Assembly: GCA_963743795.1 (NCBI GenBank)
Contig: CAVUQZ010000004.1
Location: forward strand, 429,992-493,991
Reading direction: 5' to 3'
From: an uncultured Chloroflexia bacterium
Lineage (GTDB): Bacteria; Chloroflexota; Limnocylindria; Limnocylindrales; CSP1-4
DNA length: 64,000 nt
Below are positions 49,536-59,785 of the stretch, piece after piece. The translations under genes and the position numbers were made by a program. The first letter of the stretch is position 1. Every line of letters starts with the position of its first letter. A model generated the notes under the pieces. That model did no database searches. It was given only the letters and a program-made list of their open reading frames with translations, and was not told where the DNA came from.

Positions 49536-52168
49536 CTACAGCAGCGAGTCGGGATCGACGTCCACCGACCACGGAGCGCCCGGCGGCGGGCCCAGCAGCT
49601 CGACGGGGCGGTCGCCGCGGAGGACGACGTTCCAGCGCCAGCGGCCGGCGCGACGGGCGATGTAGGCCGGGGCCGGCCCGAGGACGGCGACGCGGATTCC
49701 GGCCGCCACGTTCTCCGGCAGCGAGCGGGCGGCCTCGAGGCGGCCGGCCATGGCGGCCGCTTCCCGTTCGGCCGCGACGGCGTCCGGCAGGCCGACGGTC
49801 AGCTTGACCAGGCGGCCGAAGGGCGGCGAACCGAAACGGCGCCTTACTTCCAGCTCCGCATCGTAGAAGGCGGCCGCGTCTCCGGTGGCCACGGCCCTGA
49901 TGGCGGGATGGTCGGGCTGGTATGTCTGGATGATCGCCAGCCCGGGCCGCTCGCCGCGCCCGGCCCGACCGACCGCCTGGGTGAGCAACTGATACGTCCG
50001 CTCGGCGGCCCGTTCGTCGGGGAGGTTCAAGGCGACATCGGCCGAAACGACACCAACGAGCGTGACCTCGGGAATGTCCAGGCCTTTGGCCACCAGGCTC
50101 GTCCCGACCAGGACGTCCAGCCGCCCTTCGGCGAACGCGTCCAGGACCCGCTCGGCGGCACCCTTGCGCTCCGCGACGTCGCGGTCGAGACGGCCGACCC
50201 GGAGATGCGGGAAGAGGGACTTGACTTCGTCCTCGACACGCTGAGTGCCGCCGCCCAGATATCGGATCCGTGGGGAGCGGCACGCGGGGCAGCGCGTCGC
50301 GAGGGGCGTCGCCGTGCCCGCAGTGGTGGCAGCGCAGCGTGACTCCGGCCTGGTGGTAGACGAGGCTGCGTTCGCATTCCGGGCAACGCTGGACGTGGCC
50401 GCAGTCGCGGCAGACCACGACCGAGGCGGTGCCCCGGCGGTTGATGACCAGGATGGCTCGTTCGCCCGCGGGAAGGGACTGGAGGGCGGTCCGGAGGGCG
50501 CCCGAGAGGAGGCCGCGGTTGCCGGCGGCCAGCTCGGCGCGCAGGTCCACCACCTCGACGCGAGGCGGAGCGCCGCTGGGGCGGTCTGACAGGATGACGT
50601 GGCGGTATTGCCCCTGGCGTACCCGCCCAACCGTCTCGACGGACGGCGTGGCGCTTCCGAGCACGACGGCGGCACCGGCCAGTCGGGCCAGGGCCAGCGG
50701 CAGCGTCTCGGGCCTGGAGCCGGGGAGTCCGGTCGCTCTTGTAGGCTGCGTCGTGCTCCTCGTCGACCACGATGAGACCGACGTCGGCGAGTGGCGCGGT
50801 CACGGCCAGTCGCGTTCCCACAACCACGTCGACCTCCCCGGACTTGATGCGTCGCCATTCGTCGGCACGCTCGCCGGCGCCCAGGCCCGAGTGGAGGATC
50901 GCCAGCTCGGCCTCCAGCTCCACGCGAAGCCGGTCGACCAGGGGCATGGCCAGGGCTATCTCCGGCACCAGAACGAGGGCGGGCCGGCCGGACGATATGA
51001 CCTCCGCGATAGCCTCCGCGTAGACAGCGGTCTTGCCGGACCCGGTGACGCCCTCGAGGAGCAACGGAGTGGGGTCGCGCCCGGAGGCCGCGGCCACGAT
51101 CGCCGACAGGGCCTCCTGCTGGGACCGGGTCAGGGTCGACCCCTCGGGACGCGTGCCCCGCCTGCCCGCCCGGCGCCGCGCCAGCGGCCGGCGCGGCCTC
51201 TCCCTGACTTCGACCACCGCAAGGCCGCGCCGGACCAGGCTTGCCACGGTACCGGATCCGTGGCGTCGGGACGCCTCCGCGGCTACGATGCCCCGAGGTT
51301 CGTCGATGGCCTCCGCCCGGCCCGTCTCGCCACCCATAGACACGGCCGCGGAGGCCGCCAGGTCCGCCAGCAGGGCCTGCTGCCGCGGCCCCACGCGGGG
51401 GCCGGCCGTCGGCTCACCGGTCTGGGCCACTCGCCTCCCCTCGTCTGTGAGCAGCACCCACCTCTCGAAGCGCGGCCCCGCCGTCGCCGCCAGCAACCTC
51501 CACTCGAGGTTGATCAGACCGCGCGATGCCATAGCCCGGAGATCCCGCAGCAGAGCCGCACGCCCCTCGCCGGTTTCCAGATCCCTAACCGGCCGAGGGC
51601 CCCCGGCGAGCCTGTCTCTGATGCCCGCCTCGGCCGGGCTAAGCGCCGACTCGGGCTTCGGCGAGGAGATCGCTCCTCCGGCTCGCTCCGCGCCGGGCTC
51701 ACCTTCGTCGCCGGGGCGGGAGTCGTCGCTCCATCTCATCGGCAGCCACTCAGCCACCAGCTCGAGGCGCTCCAGCATCCCGGGGGGCACCACCGACCGC
51801 ATGACGGCGGCAGGCGGAGCGAGGTACTCCGCCGAGATCCAGCGCGCGAAATCCAGTGTCAGACGTGGGAGGAGCGGACCGCCGGCGTGGACCCTGGCCA
51901 GCAGGGGCTTGAGCTTGATGCCGACGACATCCGTCGACGGCCCGAGCACGATGCCGAGGGCCTGCCGTTTGCCGAACTCGACCAGCACCGCCTCCCCGGG
52001 CTGTACGGGAATCAGCCGCGAGGGCACGGAGTAGTCGTAGGTCCGCGTCGCCCCGGGTGCGTCGACCGCAACTTCTACGGGAGGCTGCCAGTCGGTCGGG
52101 TTCCGGCTGACAACGGCCGCGTCTGCGAGCAGCGCCAGCTCCACGGCGGGCTCGATCCCCTCCGCCAT
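49536..52168 (-). CDS. priA: primosomal protein N-prime (PriA helicase), two apparent +1 frameshifts (about 50690-50700 and about 50290-50315)
   Basis: GVTGSGKT and VVDEEHDAAYKSDRTPRLQARDAA, then ALARLAGAAVVLGSATPSVET...CRDCGHVQRCPECERSLVYH...CHHCGH, then RCPACRSPRIRYLGGGTQRVEDEVKSLFP... to the stop. The three successive frames step in the same direction. Confidence 0.88.
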
Positions 52169-52217
52169 CAGGCGTCCACTCCGACAACTGGGCCGCGACT
52201 GGCGCCCATGGGTCTCC

Positions 52218-52853
52218 TCAGACGATCACCGGTCCGCGAGATCCGCGCCGTTCCTCGTGCGAGATGATCTCGTCGATGAGCTTCGCCGTTCGATCGACGT
52301 TGCCCTCCTCGTTGACGACGACGTGATCGTAGTCATCCTTGCGAGCCAGCTCCAGGGCGGCATTTCGCTCGCGCAACTCGAGCTCGGCTGCCGTTTCGGT
52401 CCGGCGGTCCTTGAGGTGCTTGGCGAGCGTCTCCAGCGACGGCGGCACGACGAAGATGAGGAGGGCGTCGGGAATGCAGCCCTTGACGACATGCGCGCCC
52501 TGGACGTCGATCTTCAGGATGGCGTGCTGGCCTTTGGCCAGGGCCTGGCGGACGCCCGCTCGGGGAGTGCCGTACCAGTGGCCGTGGACCTCGTTCGCTT
52601 CGAGGAGCTCGCCCGCGTCCCGCAGAGCCTGGAACTGCTCCGTGGCCAGGAAGTTGTAGCTCACGCCGTCGATCTCGCCTGGCCTTCGGGCGCGGGTCGT
52701 GCAGGTGACGACGTAGTGGTAGGGCGGTTCGTGGCTGCGTCTCTGCAGCGCTGCGATGATCGTGTCCTTGCCGACTCCGGACGGGCCCGAGATGACGACC
52801 AGCATGGGCTGCGGGTCGCCCACAAACGAGTCCTCGCGAGCCGGCCGGTTCAT
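52218..52853 (-). CDS. gmk: guanylate kinase
   Basis: ISGPSGVGKDT, TTRARRPGEIDGVSY. Confidence 0.92.
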   Translation of the reverse strand: MNRPAREDSFVGDPQPMLVVISGPSGVGKDTIIAALQRRSHEPPYHYVVTCTTRARRPGEIDGVSYNFLATEQFQALRDAGELLEANEVHGHWYGTPRAGVRQALAKGQHAILKIDVQGAHVVKGCIPDALLIFVVPPSLETLAKHLKDRRTETAAELELRERNAALELARKDDYDHVVVNEEGNVDRTAKLIDEIISHEERRGSRGPVIV

Positions 52854-53878
52854 CGGTGATGCCGCCCGGCTGTCCTCGCGGCCTCCTTCTGGTAGGCCTC
52901 CGACTCGCCCTCCGGCTCTTCTTCCGGCAACGCGCTGCTGGGCTTGTGGCGGGATTCGCCGCTCGCCTGAGATCGCAGTCCCTGCATCACGGACTCGAGT
53001 TCGTCGGGCAGCGGCGCCTCCGCCCGGATCAGATGGCCGTCGCTCGGCGACTGGAGCTCGATCCGCCAGCTGTGAAGGAAGAGGCGTCGCAGACCGGCGG
53101 GGCCGCGTCGGGAGGTCCCCGTTCCGTACAAGGGATCGCCAGCGAGAGGATGATCGATTGCCGCCAGGTGGACCCGTATCTGGTGGGTCCGGCCGGTGAT
53201 CAGATCCAGCTCGAGGAGCGTCCAGCCTGGGAGGCGCTCGCGGACGCGGTAGCCGGTGACCGCAGGACGGCCGTCGTTTGTGACCGCCATTCGGGTCCGA
53301 TGGTGCGGGTCGCGTCCGATCGGCGCCTCGATCCGACCGGTCGTAGCTGCGACGGCTCCCTGGACCAATCCCAGGTAGGTCTTCTTGATCCCGCGGGCCT
53401 TGAGCTGACCCATCAGGCTGGCCTGAGCCCGGTCGTTCTTGGCAACCATCAGCAGGCCGCTGGTATCCCGGTCCAGACGGTGGACGATGCCGGGCCTCAT
53501 GACCCCGGCGATGCCACCGTACTCGGTGCCGCGCGCCAGGAGGGCGTTGACCAGGGTTCCGCCTGCGTGACCCGCGGAGGGATGGACCACAATGCCGGCC
53601 GCCTTGTCGACGATCAGCAGGTCCGCGTCCTCGTAGACGACGGTCAGCGGTATCTCCTCCGGGGTTAGCTCGAGCGGCCGTGGATCGGGAACTTCCAGCT
53701 CGACCACCTCACCGGAAAAGACGGACTCGTTGGCCTTGAGCGGCAGGCCGCCCGTGGTCACGTTGCCTTCGGCGATGAGCTTCTGAACGTAGCTGCGCGA
53801 CAGTCCGGAGACATCGGCGACAAAACGATCGACCCGGCCCGAGGCGCTCTCAGGAACGGTGACCGTCAGCCGTCTCAT
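52850..53878 (-). CDS. rluD: RluA-family 23S rRNA pseudouridine synthase (RluD-like)
   Basis: S4 domain, HRLDRDTSGLLMVAKN, GRTHQIRVHL. Acidic C-terminal tail. Confidence 0.88.
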   Translation of the reverse strand: MRRLTVTVPESASGRVDRFVADVSGLSRSYVQKLIAEGNVTTGGLPLKANESVFSGEVVELEVPDPRPLELTPEEIPLTVVYEDADLLIVDKAAGIVVHPSAGHAGGTLVNALLARGTEYGGIAGVMRPGIVHRLDRDTSGLLMVAKNDRAQASLMGQLKARGIKKTYLGLVQGAVAATTGRIEAPIGRDPHHRTRMAVTNDGRPAVTGYRVRERLPGWTLLELDLITGRTHQIRVHLAAIDHPLAGDPLYGTGTSRRGPAGLRRLFLHSWRIELQSPSDGHLIRAEAPLPDELESVMQGLRSQASGESRHKPSSALPEEEPEGESEAYQKEAARTAGRHHR

Positions 53879-54495
53879 CCGACTGCCGGCCCGTTGCCGG
53901 AATTGGGCTCGCCCGATCGGTCCGGGGATTCAGCCCCCTTGATTTCGGGGCCGTCCCGCCATTCGAGCCGGGGCGCCACGAACCACAGCGCGAGCATCAA
54001 CAGGATGGAGATGGAGACCGCGGAATCGGCGACGTTGAAGATGTAGAAGCGCCACGTGCCGATGCCTATGTCGACGAAGTCGACGACGTAGCCCAACGTG
54101 ATCCGGTCGATGAAGTTGCCTATCGCGCCGCCCAGGAGAAGGGCCAGCGTCACCGTCACCAGCCAGCTCCGCCAGCCCGATCCAATCTCGAGGGCGATCA
54201 GCACGGCTACTACGCCGATGCTCACAAGGGCAAAGATCGGGGCCGTGTTCTGGAATATGCCGAAGAGACCGCCGGCGTTGTGGATGAAGTCGATGCGTAC
54301 CCAATCGCCCACGATCGACGATGGTACGTTTGGGCTGAAGTTGGCGACCACCCAATGCTTGAGCAACTGATCGCTGCCGGCAATGGCGACCGCAACCAGG
54401 GCGAAGGCGGCCAGGGCCGCACGCCGCCGGCGCGACGCGGCATCGTTCGGGCGGCGCTCCGGCGGGGTCGCGGGGTGTGCGACGGTAGGGTCCAG
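53875..54495 (-). CDS. lspA: lipoprotein signal peptidase II (start probably CTG at 54493-54495)
   Basis: NAGGLFG, FNVADSAVS. The first TM helix AALAAFALVAVAIAGSDQLLKHW lies upstream of the TTG used by the track. The only start-like codon with an SD is GGAGG plus 7 nt plus CTG. Confidence 0.8.
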   Translation of the reverse strand: MDPTVAHPATPPERRPNDAASRRRRAALAAFALVAVAIAGSDQLLKHWVVANFSPNVPSSIVGDWVRIDFIHNAGGLFGIFQNTAPIFALVSIGVVAVLIALEIGSGWRSWLVTVTLALLLGGAIGNFIDRITLGYVVDFVDIGIGTWRFYIFNVADSAVSISILLMLALWFVAPRLEWRDGPEIKGAESPDRSGEPNSGNGPAVG

Positions 54496-54524
54496 TGAAC
54501 TGCCTCCGTGGTGTTCGCGTAAGC

Positions 54525-57500
54525 CTAAGGGGCGGCGGCTTTCGACATCAAGCCGACCCGGGCGGCTCCGGAATCGAGATCGACATCGAGCACGGTTGCC
54601 GAGGCCGGGACGGGCCCGAAGTCGATCCTGCTGCGTGTCTCCGTTTCGACTGAGTCGAGGTATGGCTCGAGGATTCGGCGGATGGACTCGGACGCCTCCA
54701 GACGAACCGCGACTTCGTCGTCGAGCTCGACTCCGGCTTCCTTCCGGGCATCCTGTATTGCCCGCTGGAGCTCGCGGGCGTCCCCTTCCGCCCGCAGCTC
54801 CGGCGTTAGCTCGGTGTCGATGACAACGACCAGGCCCTCGTCGTGGGCGACGGCCGTGCCGGGCCGCGGCGTGGCCTGGATCTCGACTTCATCGGGAGCA
54901 AGGATCAGGTCCGCGAGCCGGACCGATCCGTCCGCCAGAATCTCGAATCGGCCTTCACGAGCCGCGGCCATCACGGCCGGGATGGCCGCCCCCAGCTTCT
55001 TGCCTATCTTCGGCAGCAGGGGCTTGACCCGCCGGTCCACCAGCTCCGATTCGTCGCCTATCAACTCGAGCGACTTGACGTTCACCTCGTCGGTGACGAG
55101 GGCCAGGAGAGCCTCGCGCTCGATCAGCTCCGGGCCCGGAATTGCTAGCCACATTCGAGCCAGCGGCTGGCGGACCTTGAGCCCCGCCTGGCCCCGCAGA
55201 GTTCGTGCCAGGTCCACCGCCCGCATGCAGACGGCCATGGACCTCTCGAGCGCGTCGTCCCGGAAGGCGGCCACGTCTTCGGTCGGCCAGCGCGTCAGAT
55301 GAACGCTGTCCGGCAGCGACGGCTCGATCGCGACGATCAGGTTCTGGTACATCGATTCGGAGAGGAAGGGCAGCATCGGGGCTAGAACACGGGCAACGAC
55401 CACCAGGGCTGCGTGGAGCGTGGCGAAGGCAGTGTTGCGGTCCGCGTCGGCTGCGCTGCCGCGCATCCGGTCGCGCGAGCGGCGGAGATACCAGGTCGAG
55501 AGCTCCTCGACGAACCGATCTATCGCCCTCGCGGCGTCCAGGGCGTCGTACTCGCGCAGGTCCTCCTCGACCTCGGCGGCCAGCCCTGCCGCTCGTGAGA
55601 GGACCCAGCGGTCCAGGGCCGGCCAGGCGTCGCACGCAGCGATCTCCGCTCGGATCCCTCGCTTGGGCTCCCAGCCGGCCAGGCGGGCGTAGGTCACGAA
55701 GAACGAGTAGACGTTCCACAGGACCAGCAGCCGGCGCCGCGCCTCGTCGGCGGCGTGCCACCCGAACAGGATGTTGTCCTCCGGCCGGGCATTGGCGAAC
55801 ATCCAGCGCATGACGTCCACACCCATCCGCTCGGCCGCCTCGTCGAACTCGATGGCGTTGCCCCAGCTCTTGTGCATCTGGCGGCCGTCGGCGCCGAAGA
55901 CGAGCGCGTAGCCGAAGAGCGTCTTGAAGGGCGCTTCTCGGCGCAGGACGGTGCTCATCGCCAGGAGCGAGTAGAACCAGTTGCGGAACTGGCCCGGGAA
56001 GCTCTCGGTGACGAAGTCGGCCGGGAACCACTGCTCCCAGTATTCGGGGTCGGAGCGGTAGTGCACCGTCGAGAAGGGCACGATCCCGGCGTCCAGCCAC
56101 GGGTTGCCAACGTCGGCGATCCGGCCCACCGGCTCGCCGCAGCCTGAGCAGCGGACTTTGACCGCGTCCACGTACGGCCGGTGCGGCGTGTGGCCTTCGA
56201 ACTCGGCCCAACCCTCTACCGCCCGCTCGGAGAGCTCCTCGCGACTGCCCATCACGTTGACGGTCCCGCAGGCGCAGTCGTAGATGGGCAGCGCCAGCCC
56301 CCAGTAGCGCTTCTTGCTGATCATCCAGTCGTGCATGTTCAGGAGCCAGTCGAGCTCCCTTTCGTAGCCGAAGCCGGGGATCCAGTTGATCCCGCCGATG
56401 ACCTCCATGATCTGGTAGCGCAGGCTGGCATCGACCTGCGCCGGCGTCAGCCGATCGCGCGGCTCCTCGTAGACCGGGCCCATGCTCACGTACCACTCGT
56501 CCACGAGACGGAACACGAGCGGCGTGCCGCACCGCCAGCAATGGGGATAGCGGTGGGTGATCGTCTCGAGGCGATAGAACAGGTGACGGTGCCTTAGCGA
56601 GTCGACGATTGGATCGGCGACGTCGCGGACGTCCCGGCCTGAGTACGGACCGAAGCCGGGGATGACGACTCCGTTCTCGTCGAGCGGGGCGATCATCGGC
56701 AGCCCGAGCTTCTTGCCCAGGGCGAAGTCCTCGGCCCCGCAGCCGGGGGCGATGTGGACGATGCCGGTTCCCTCCTCCTCGCCGACCTCGTCCCAGGCCA
56801 CGACGCGATGCTCATAGGGGGCGCCCGAAGCGCCGCCGGCCGCGAAGGCCTCCTGGACCGCCGGCAGATCGTCGAACGGGCCGGAGTAGCGCCAGTCGAC
56901 CAGCTCGCGGCCGAGCTTCTCCTCGAGAACCTGGAACTCGCCGACCAGGGCGTGCTTGAGCGTGCCTCGCCCGAGCCAGAAGGTCTCCTCGCCCTGGCGG
57001 ACCCTCACGTATCGCAGTTCCTCGCCCACGGCCGCCGCGACGTTCGAGGTCAGCGTCCAGGGAGTCGTCGTCCAGACGAGCAGCGACTCGTGGGGCCTGT
57101 CGAGCAGCCGGAACTTGACCGTCAGGCCGGGGTCCTCGCGGTCGGCATAGCCTTCGGTCATCTCGTGCTGGCTGATGCCCGTTCCGCAGCGAGCGCACCA
57201 GGGCATCGAGTCGTGACCCTTGTAGAGCCACCCACGACGATGGCACTCGGCCAGGAACGACCAGATCAGGTAGTTGTTCTCGTCTGAGAAGGTGAAGTAG
57301 CTGCCGCCCAGCTCGGGCATTCCCAGGCGCCCCACGAGCAGCTCGGCCGTGTCGGTGACCGGCTTGCCGTCGGTTCCGGCGACCGTGACCCGCTTGCCGG
57401 GATCGTCCGCCAGCTCGTCGCGAAGACGTCGCAGCTCGTGAGGGTCGTTCCAGTCCATCCACATGCCAAGGCGGATCGACTGCTCGGTCTGCCGAGCCGC

Positions 57501-57881
57501 GTAGGTGAGGACGCGCTGCTTGCACAGGCTCACGAACTCGGCGATCCCATACGCCTCGATGTCCCGCTTGTTGGTGAAGCCCAGATCTCGTTCGACGTTG
57601 ACCTCTACCCAGAGGCCCTGGCAGTCGAAGCCGTTCTGGTAGCGCTGGTCGCGGCCTTGCATCGCCCAGAAGCGCTGGAACAGGTCCTTGTACGCCCGGC
57701 CCCATGCATGATGGACGCCCATCGGGTTGTTGGCGGTGATCGGGCCGTCCAGGAAGCTCCACCGCTCCTTGCCCGCGTTCTGTGCGCGCAGGCGGGCAAA
57801 CGTCTGGCGTTCGCGCCACAGGGCCAGGATCTCGTGCTCCTGGGCAACCAGATCGGGCTTGGAGCTGACGGGTCGAAACAT
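54525..57881 (-). CDS. ileS: isoleucyl-tRNA synthetase (type 2, eukaryote-like)
   Basis: An intact 1118-aa ORF. NNPMGVHHAWGR (HIGH) and QMHKSWGN (KMSKS). Confidence 0.93.
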   Translation of the reverse strand: MFRPVSSKPDLVAQEHEILALWRERQTFARLRAQNAGKERWSFLDGPITANNPMGVHHAWGRAYKDLFQRFWAMQGRDQRYQNGFDCQGLWVEVNVERDLGFTNKRDIEAYGIAEFVSLCKQRVLTYAARQTEQSIRLGMWMDWNDPHELRRLRDELADDPGKRVTVAGTDGKPVTDTAELLVGRLGMPELGGSYFTFSDENNYLIWSFLAECHRRGWLYKGHDSMPWCARCGTGISQHEMTEGYADREDPGLTVKFRLLDRPHESLLVWTTTPWTLTSNVAAAVGEELRYVRVRQGEETFWLGRGTLKHALVGEFQVLEEKLGRELVDWRYSGPFDDLPAVQEAFAAGGASGAPYEHRVVAWDEVGEEEGTGIVHIAPGCGAEDFALGKKLGLPMIAPLDENGVVIPGFGPYSGRDVRDVADPIVDSLRHRHLFYRLETITHRYPHCWRCGTPLVFRLVDEWYVSMGPVYEEPRDRLTPAQVDASLRYQIMEVIGGINWIPGFGYERELDWLLNMHDWMISKKRYWGLALPIYDCACGTVNVMGSREELSERAVEGWAEFEGHTPHRPYVDAVKVRCSGCGEPVGRIADVGNPWLDAGIVPFSTVHYRSDPEYWEQWFPADFVTESFPGQFRNWFYSLLAMSTVLRREAPFKTLFGYALVFGADGRQMHKSWGNAIEFDEAAERMGVDVMRWMFANARPEDNILFGWHAADEARRRLLVLWNVYSFFVTYARLAGWEPKRGIRAEIAACDAWPALDRWVLSRAAGLAAEVEEDLREYDALDAARAIDRFVEELSTWYLRRSRDRMRGSAADADRNTAFATLHAALVVVARVLAPMLPFLSESMYQNLIVAIEPSLPDSVHLTRWPTEDVAAFRDDALERSMAVCMRAVDLARTLRGQAGLKVRQPLARMWLAIPGPELIEREALLALVTDEVNVKSLELIGDESELVDRRVKPLLPKIGKKLGAAIPAVMAAAREGRFEILADGSVRLADLILAPDEVEIQATPRPGTAVAHDEGLVVVIDTELTPELRAEGDARELQRAIQDARKEAGVELDDEVAVRLEASESIRRILEPYLDSVETETRSRIDFGPVPASATVLDVDLDSGAARVGLMSKAAAP

Positions 57882-58069
57882 CGTCCTCAGTCTTCGTGGG
57901 CAGCCGGCGGATTCGAGGATCTGATCAAGCGACTACGGAAACAGAGCCCGGCCCGACTCCGGAATCGAGTGACGGCGACGGGACGCGTAGCGACTATCGT
58001 AGCGAACCCGCGGCAATCCCAGCCCGCCGCCCCGCCAATGGCCCTGGGAGCCCGGCGGGTGGCGCCCCT

Positions 58070-59785
58070 CTAGGCCTTCTCGGTGACCCGGTATTCCAGG
58101 TACCGCCCCGCGAGAAGCCGCGTCTGGGCATCCAGAGCGGGCAGGTTCGTGAAGACGAAGCCGACGGCAGGCAGGCAGAACCATTGCAGCCAGGAAACCA
58201 GGTGCATCCGTATGCCCCACTCCCTCGGTTTGGGCGGAGCCAGCTGATCCTCGATGAACAGGAGAACGAGCAAGGATGCGACGGCGCCCGAGAGAATCCA
58301 GCCGGCGTAGACCCCCAGCTGCTGGCCTTGAATGCTGAGCGCGTAAGTCTGGTTCAGTGCGACCGGCAAGACCGCTCCGAACATCAAGATGAACGGCGCG
58401 ACGGCCCAGTTGATGTGTTCCAGCCACAGGTTGAACAGGCGGGCAACTCGATCGCGCAGTGGGATCTCGGAATGGCGCAGGGCGTTGTCGATGAAGTACG
58501 GGATATCCGTCACGCCCCAGGCCCACCGACGGATCTGGCTGTACTGGGCCAAGAGGCTCCGTCCATAGGACCTCGCGCGCACCGCGTCGCCGTACACGGG
58601 AATGAAGAGTGGCGTGGCCCTGAATTGGCCGCTGTAACGGAAGAAGCTCTTCCAGTAGAACCGGCTGTCCTCGGGGATCGCGTCGGTAGCCCAGTAGTCC
58701 ACGTCGTGTACCGTCTGCAGGCAGACCGCATACGAGCTGAAGCTGACCAGCCGCTCGGGCGTGAGGTGGTGCCACATCTGGACGTGCGTGGCACTGACCG
58801 CGACCAGCCTGACGGGCAGAGGGCATTGCCACAGGTTGTTGTGGAACATCGGAATGGGCTGGAAGAGCCGGCGCCGGCGGTCGCGATCGGTCAGGTACTT
58901 GTACGTGAGATAGCCGAAGTACTGGCGGTGGACGCGGTAGTCCGAGTCCAGGTCGGTGACCACCACCTTTCTCGGGTCGAAGCCCAGGGAGACCAGCTCC
59001 CGGTAGAGCCATCGGCCGCCGTAGGCCATGGCGCTCGACTTGCCGACGACCACCCCGGGCTCGAGCGGATCGAGGATGTGGAAGAAATGGCGGAACTGGC
59101 CGCCGAAGATCTCACGCAGCCGAGCCACGTTTTCCCGGCCCTGCAGATCCGTCTCGCGGGTGATGATCGCCACCATCCGCATGTCGCGCGGGTAGTCCGA
59201 CTCGGCCAGGGCTTTGACGGTCTGGTAGAGCTTTTCGTAGGGCTCCGTGTACGTCGGAATCAGGGCTACGTGCCACAACTCTCGCGGATCCGGGATCGCG
59301 TCTCCCAGCGCCACCAGCCGCTCCAGGTTCCGCTGCTCGTCCAGGAGCCGCCGGAGCTCGCGCCGCCCGCCGTGGGCCGCCAGGTCCATTCCGGCCGCCT
59401 GTAGCTCGACGGTTCGCAGCCGCACGCGCTCGATCAGGTCGGCCAGCTCATCGAGGCGTTTCGGTGGGTCGGCGAGCGAGAAGGCCCGCTGCCGCCAGTC
59501 GATGGCAACCACCCGCCGGATGCGACGGAAGGATATCGCCACGCTGACCGAAAGGAGGAAGGCGCGGTAGAACCAGTAGAAATCGAAGCTCAGGACGAAT
59601 GCGCCCAGAATCTGCGGCCATCGCAAGGAAAGCGGGATCAGCGACAGTATCAGGATCCAGGTTACGAGCCCCGGGATGACCTCGAGGATCCGGCGCGCAA
59701 GCGTCCGCCTGCCGGCGAGCGCCGGTTCTCGGGCCGCGCCGGCCGGCCTGAGGGCCGAAGAGTCTCGGGCAGCTGCCTCACTCAC
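58070..59785 (-). CDS. polytopic family-2 glycosyltransferase of the processive (Q-x-x-R-W) type
   Basis: LIPTYTEPYE, VVTDLDSDY (DxD), QIRRWAWG, and TM helices at both ends. The start is taken as GTG 59783-59785, overlapping the ilvE stop. The track start at 59884 would overlap ilvE by 107 nt. Confidence 0.65.
   Translation of the reverse strand: MSEAAARDSSALRPAGAAREPALAGRRTLARRILEVIPGLVTWILILSLIPLSLRWPQILGAFVLSFDFYWFYRAFLLSVSVAISFRRIRRVVAIDWRQRAFSLADPPKRLDELADLIERVRLRTVELQAAGMDLAAHGGRRELRRLLDEQRNLERLVALGDAIPDPRELWHVALIPTYTEPYEKLYQTVKALAESDYPRDMRMVAIITRETDLQGRENVARLREIFGGQFRHFFHILDPLEPGVVVGKSSAMAYGGRWLYRELVSLGFDPRKVVVTDLDSDYRVHRQYFGYLTYKYLTDRDRRRRLFQPIPMFHNNLWQCPLPVRLVAVSATHVQMWHHLTPERLVSFSSYAVCLQTVHDVDYWATDAIPEDSRFYWKSFFRYSGQFRATPLFIPVYGDAVRARSYGRSLLAQYSQIRRWAWGVTDIPYFIDNALRHSEIPLRDRVARLFNLWLEHINWAVAPFILMFGAVLPVALNQTYALSIQGQQLGVYAGWILSGAVASLLVLLFIEDQLAPPKPREWGIRMHLVSWLQWFCLPAVGFVFTNLPALDAQTRLLAGRYLEYRVTEKA

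Noticed and set aside
57882-58069. T-box riboswitch upstream of ileS
   Set aside because: I searched the sense (minus) strand for the conserved GGUGGNACCGCG-type T-box sequence and a UGGN bulge and found none. The only GGGTGG-like string (58047-58056) is on the wrong strand.
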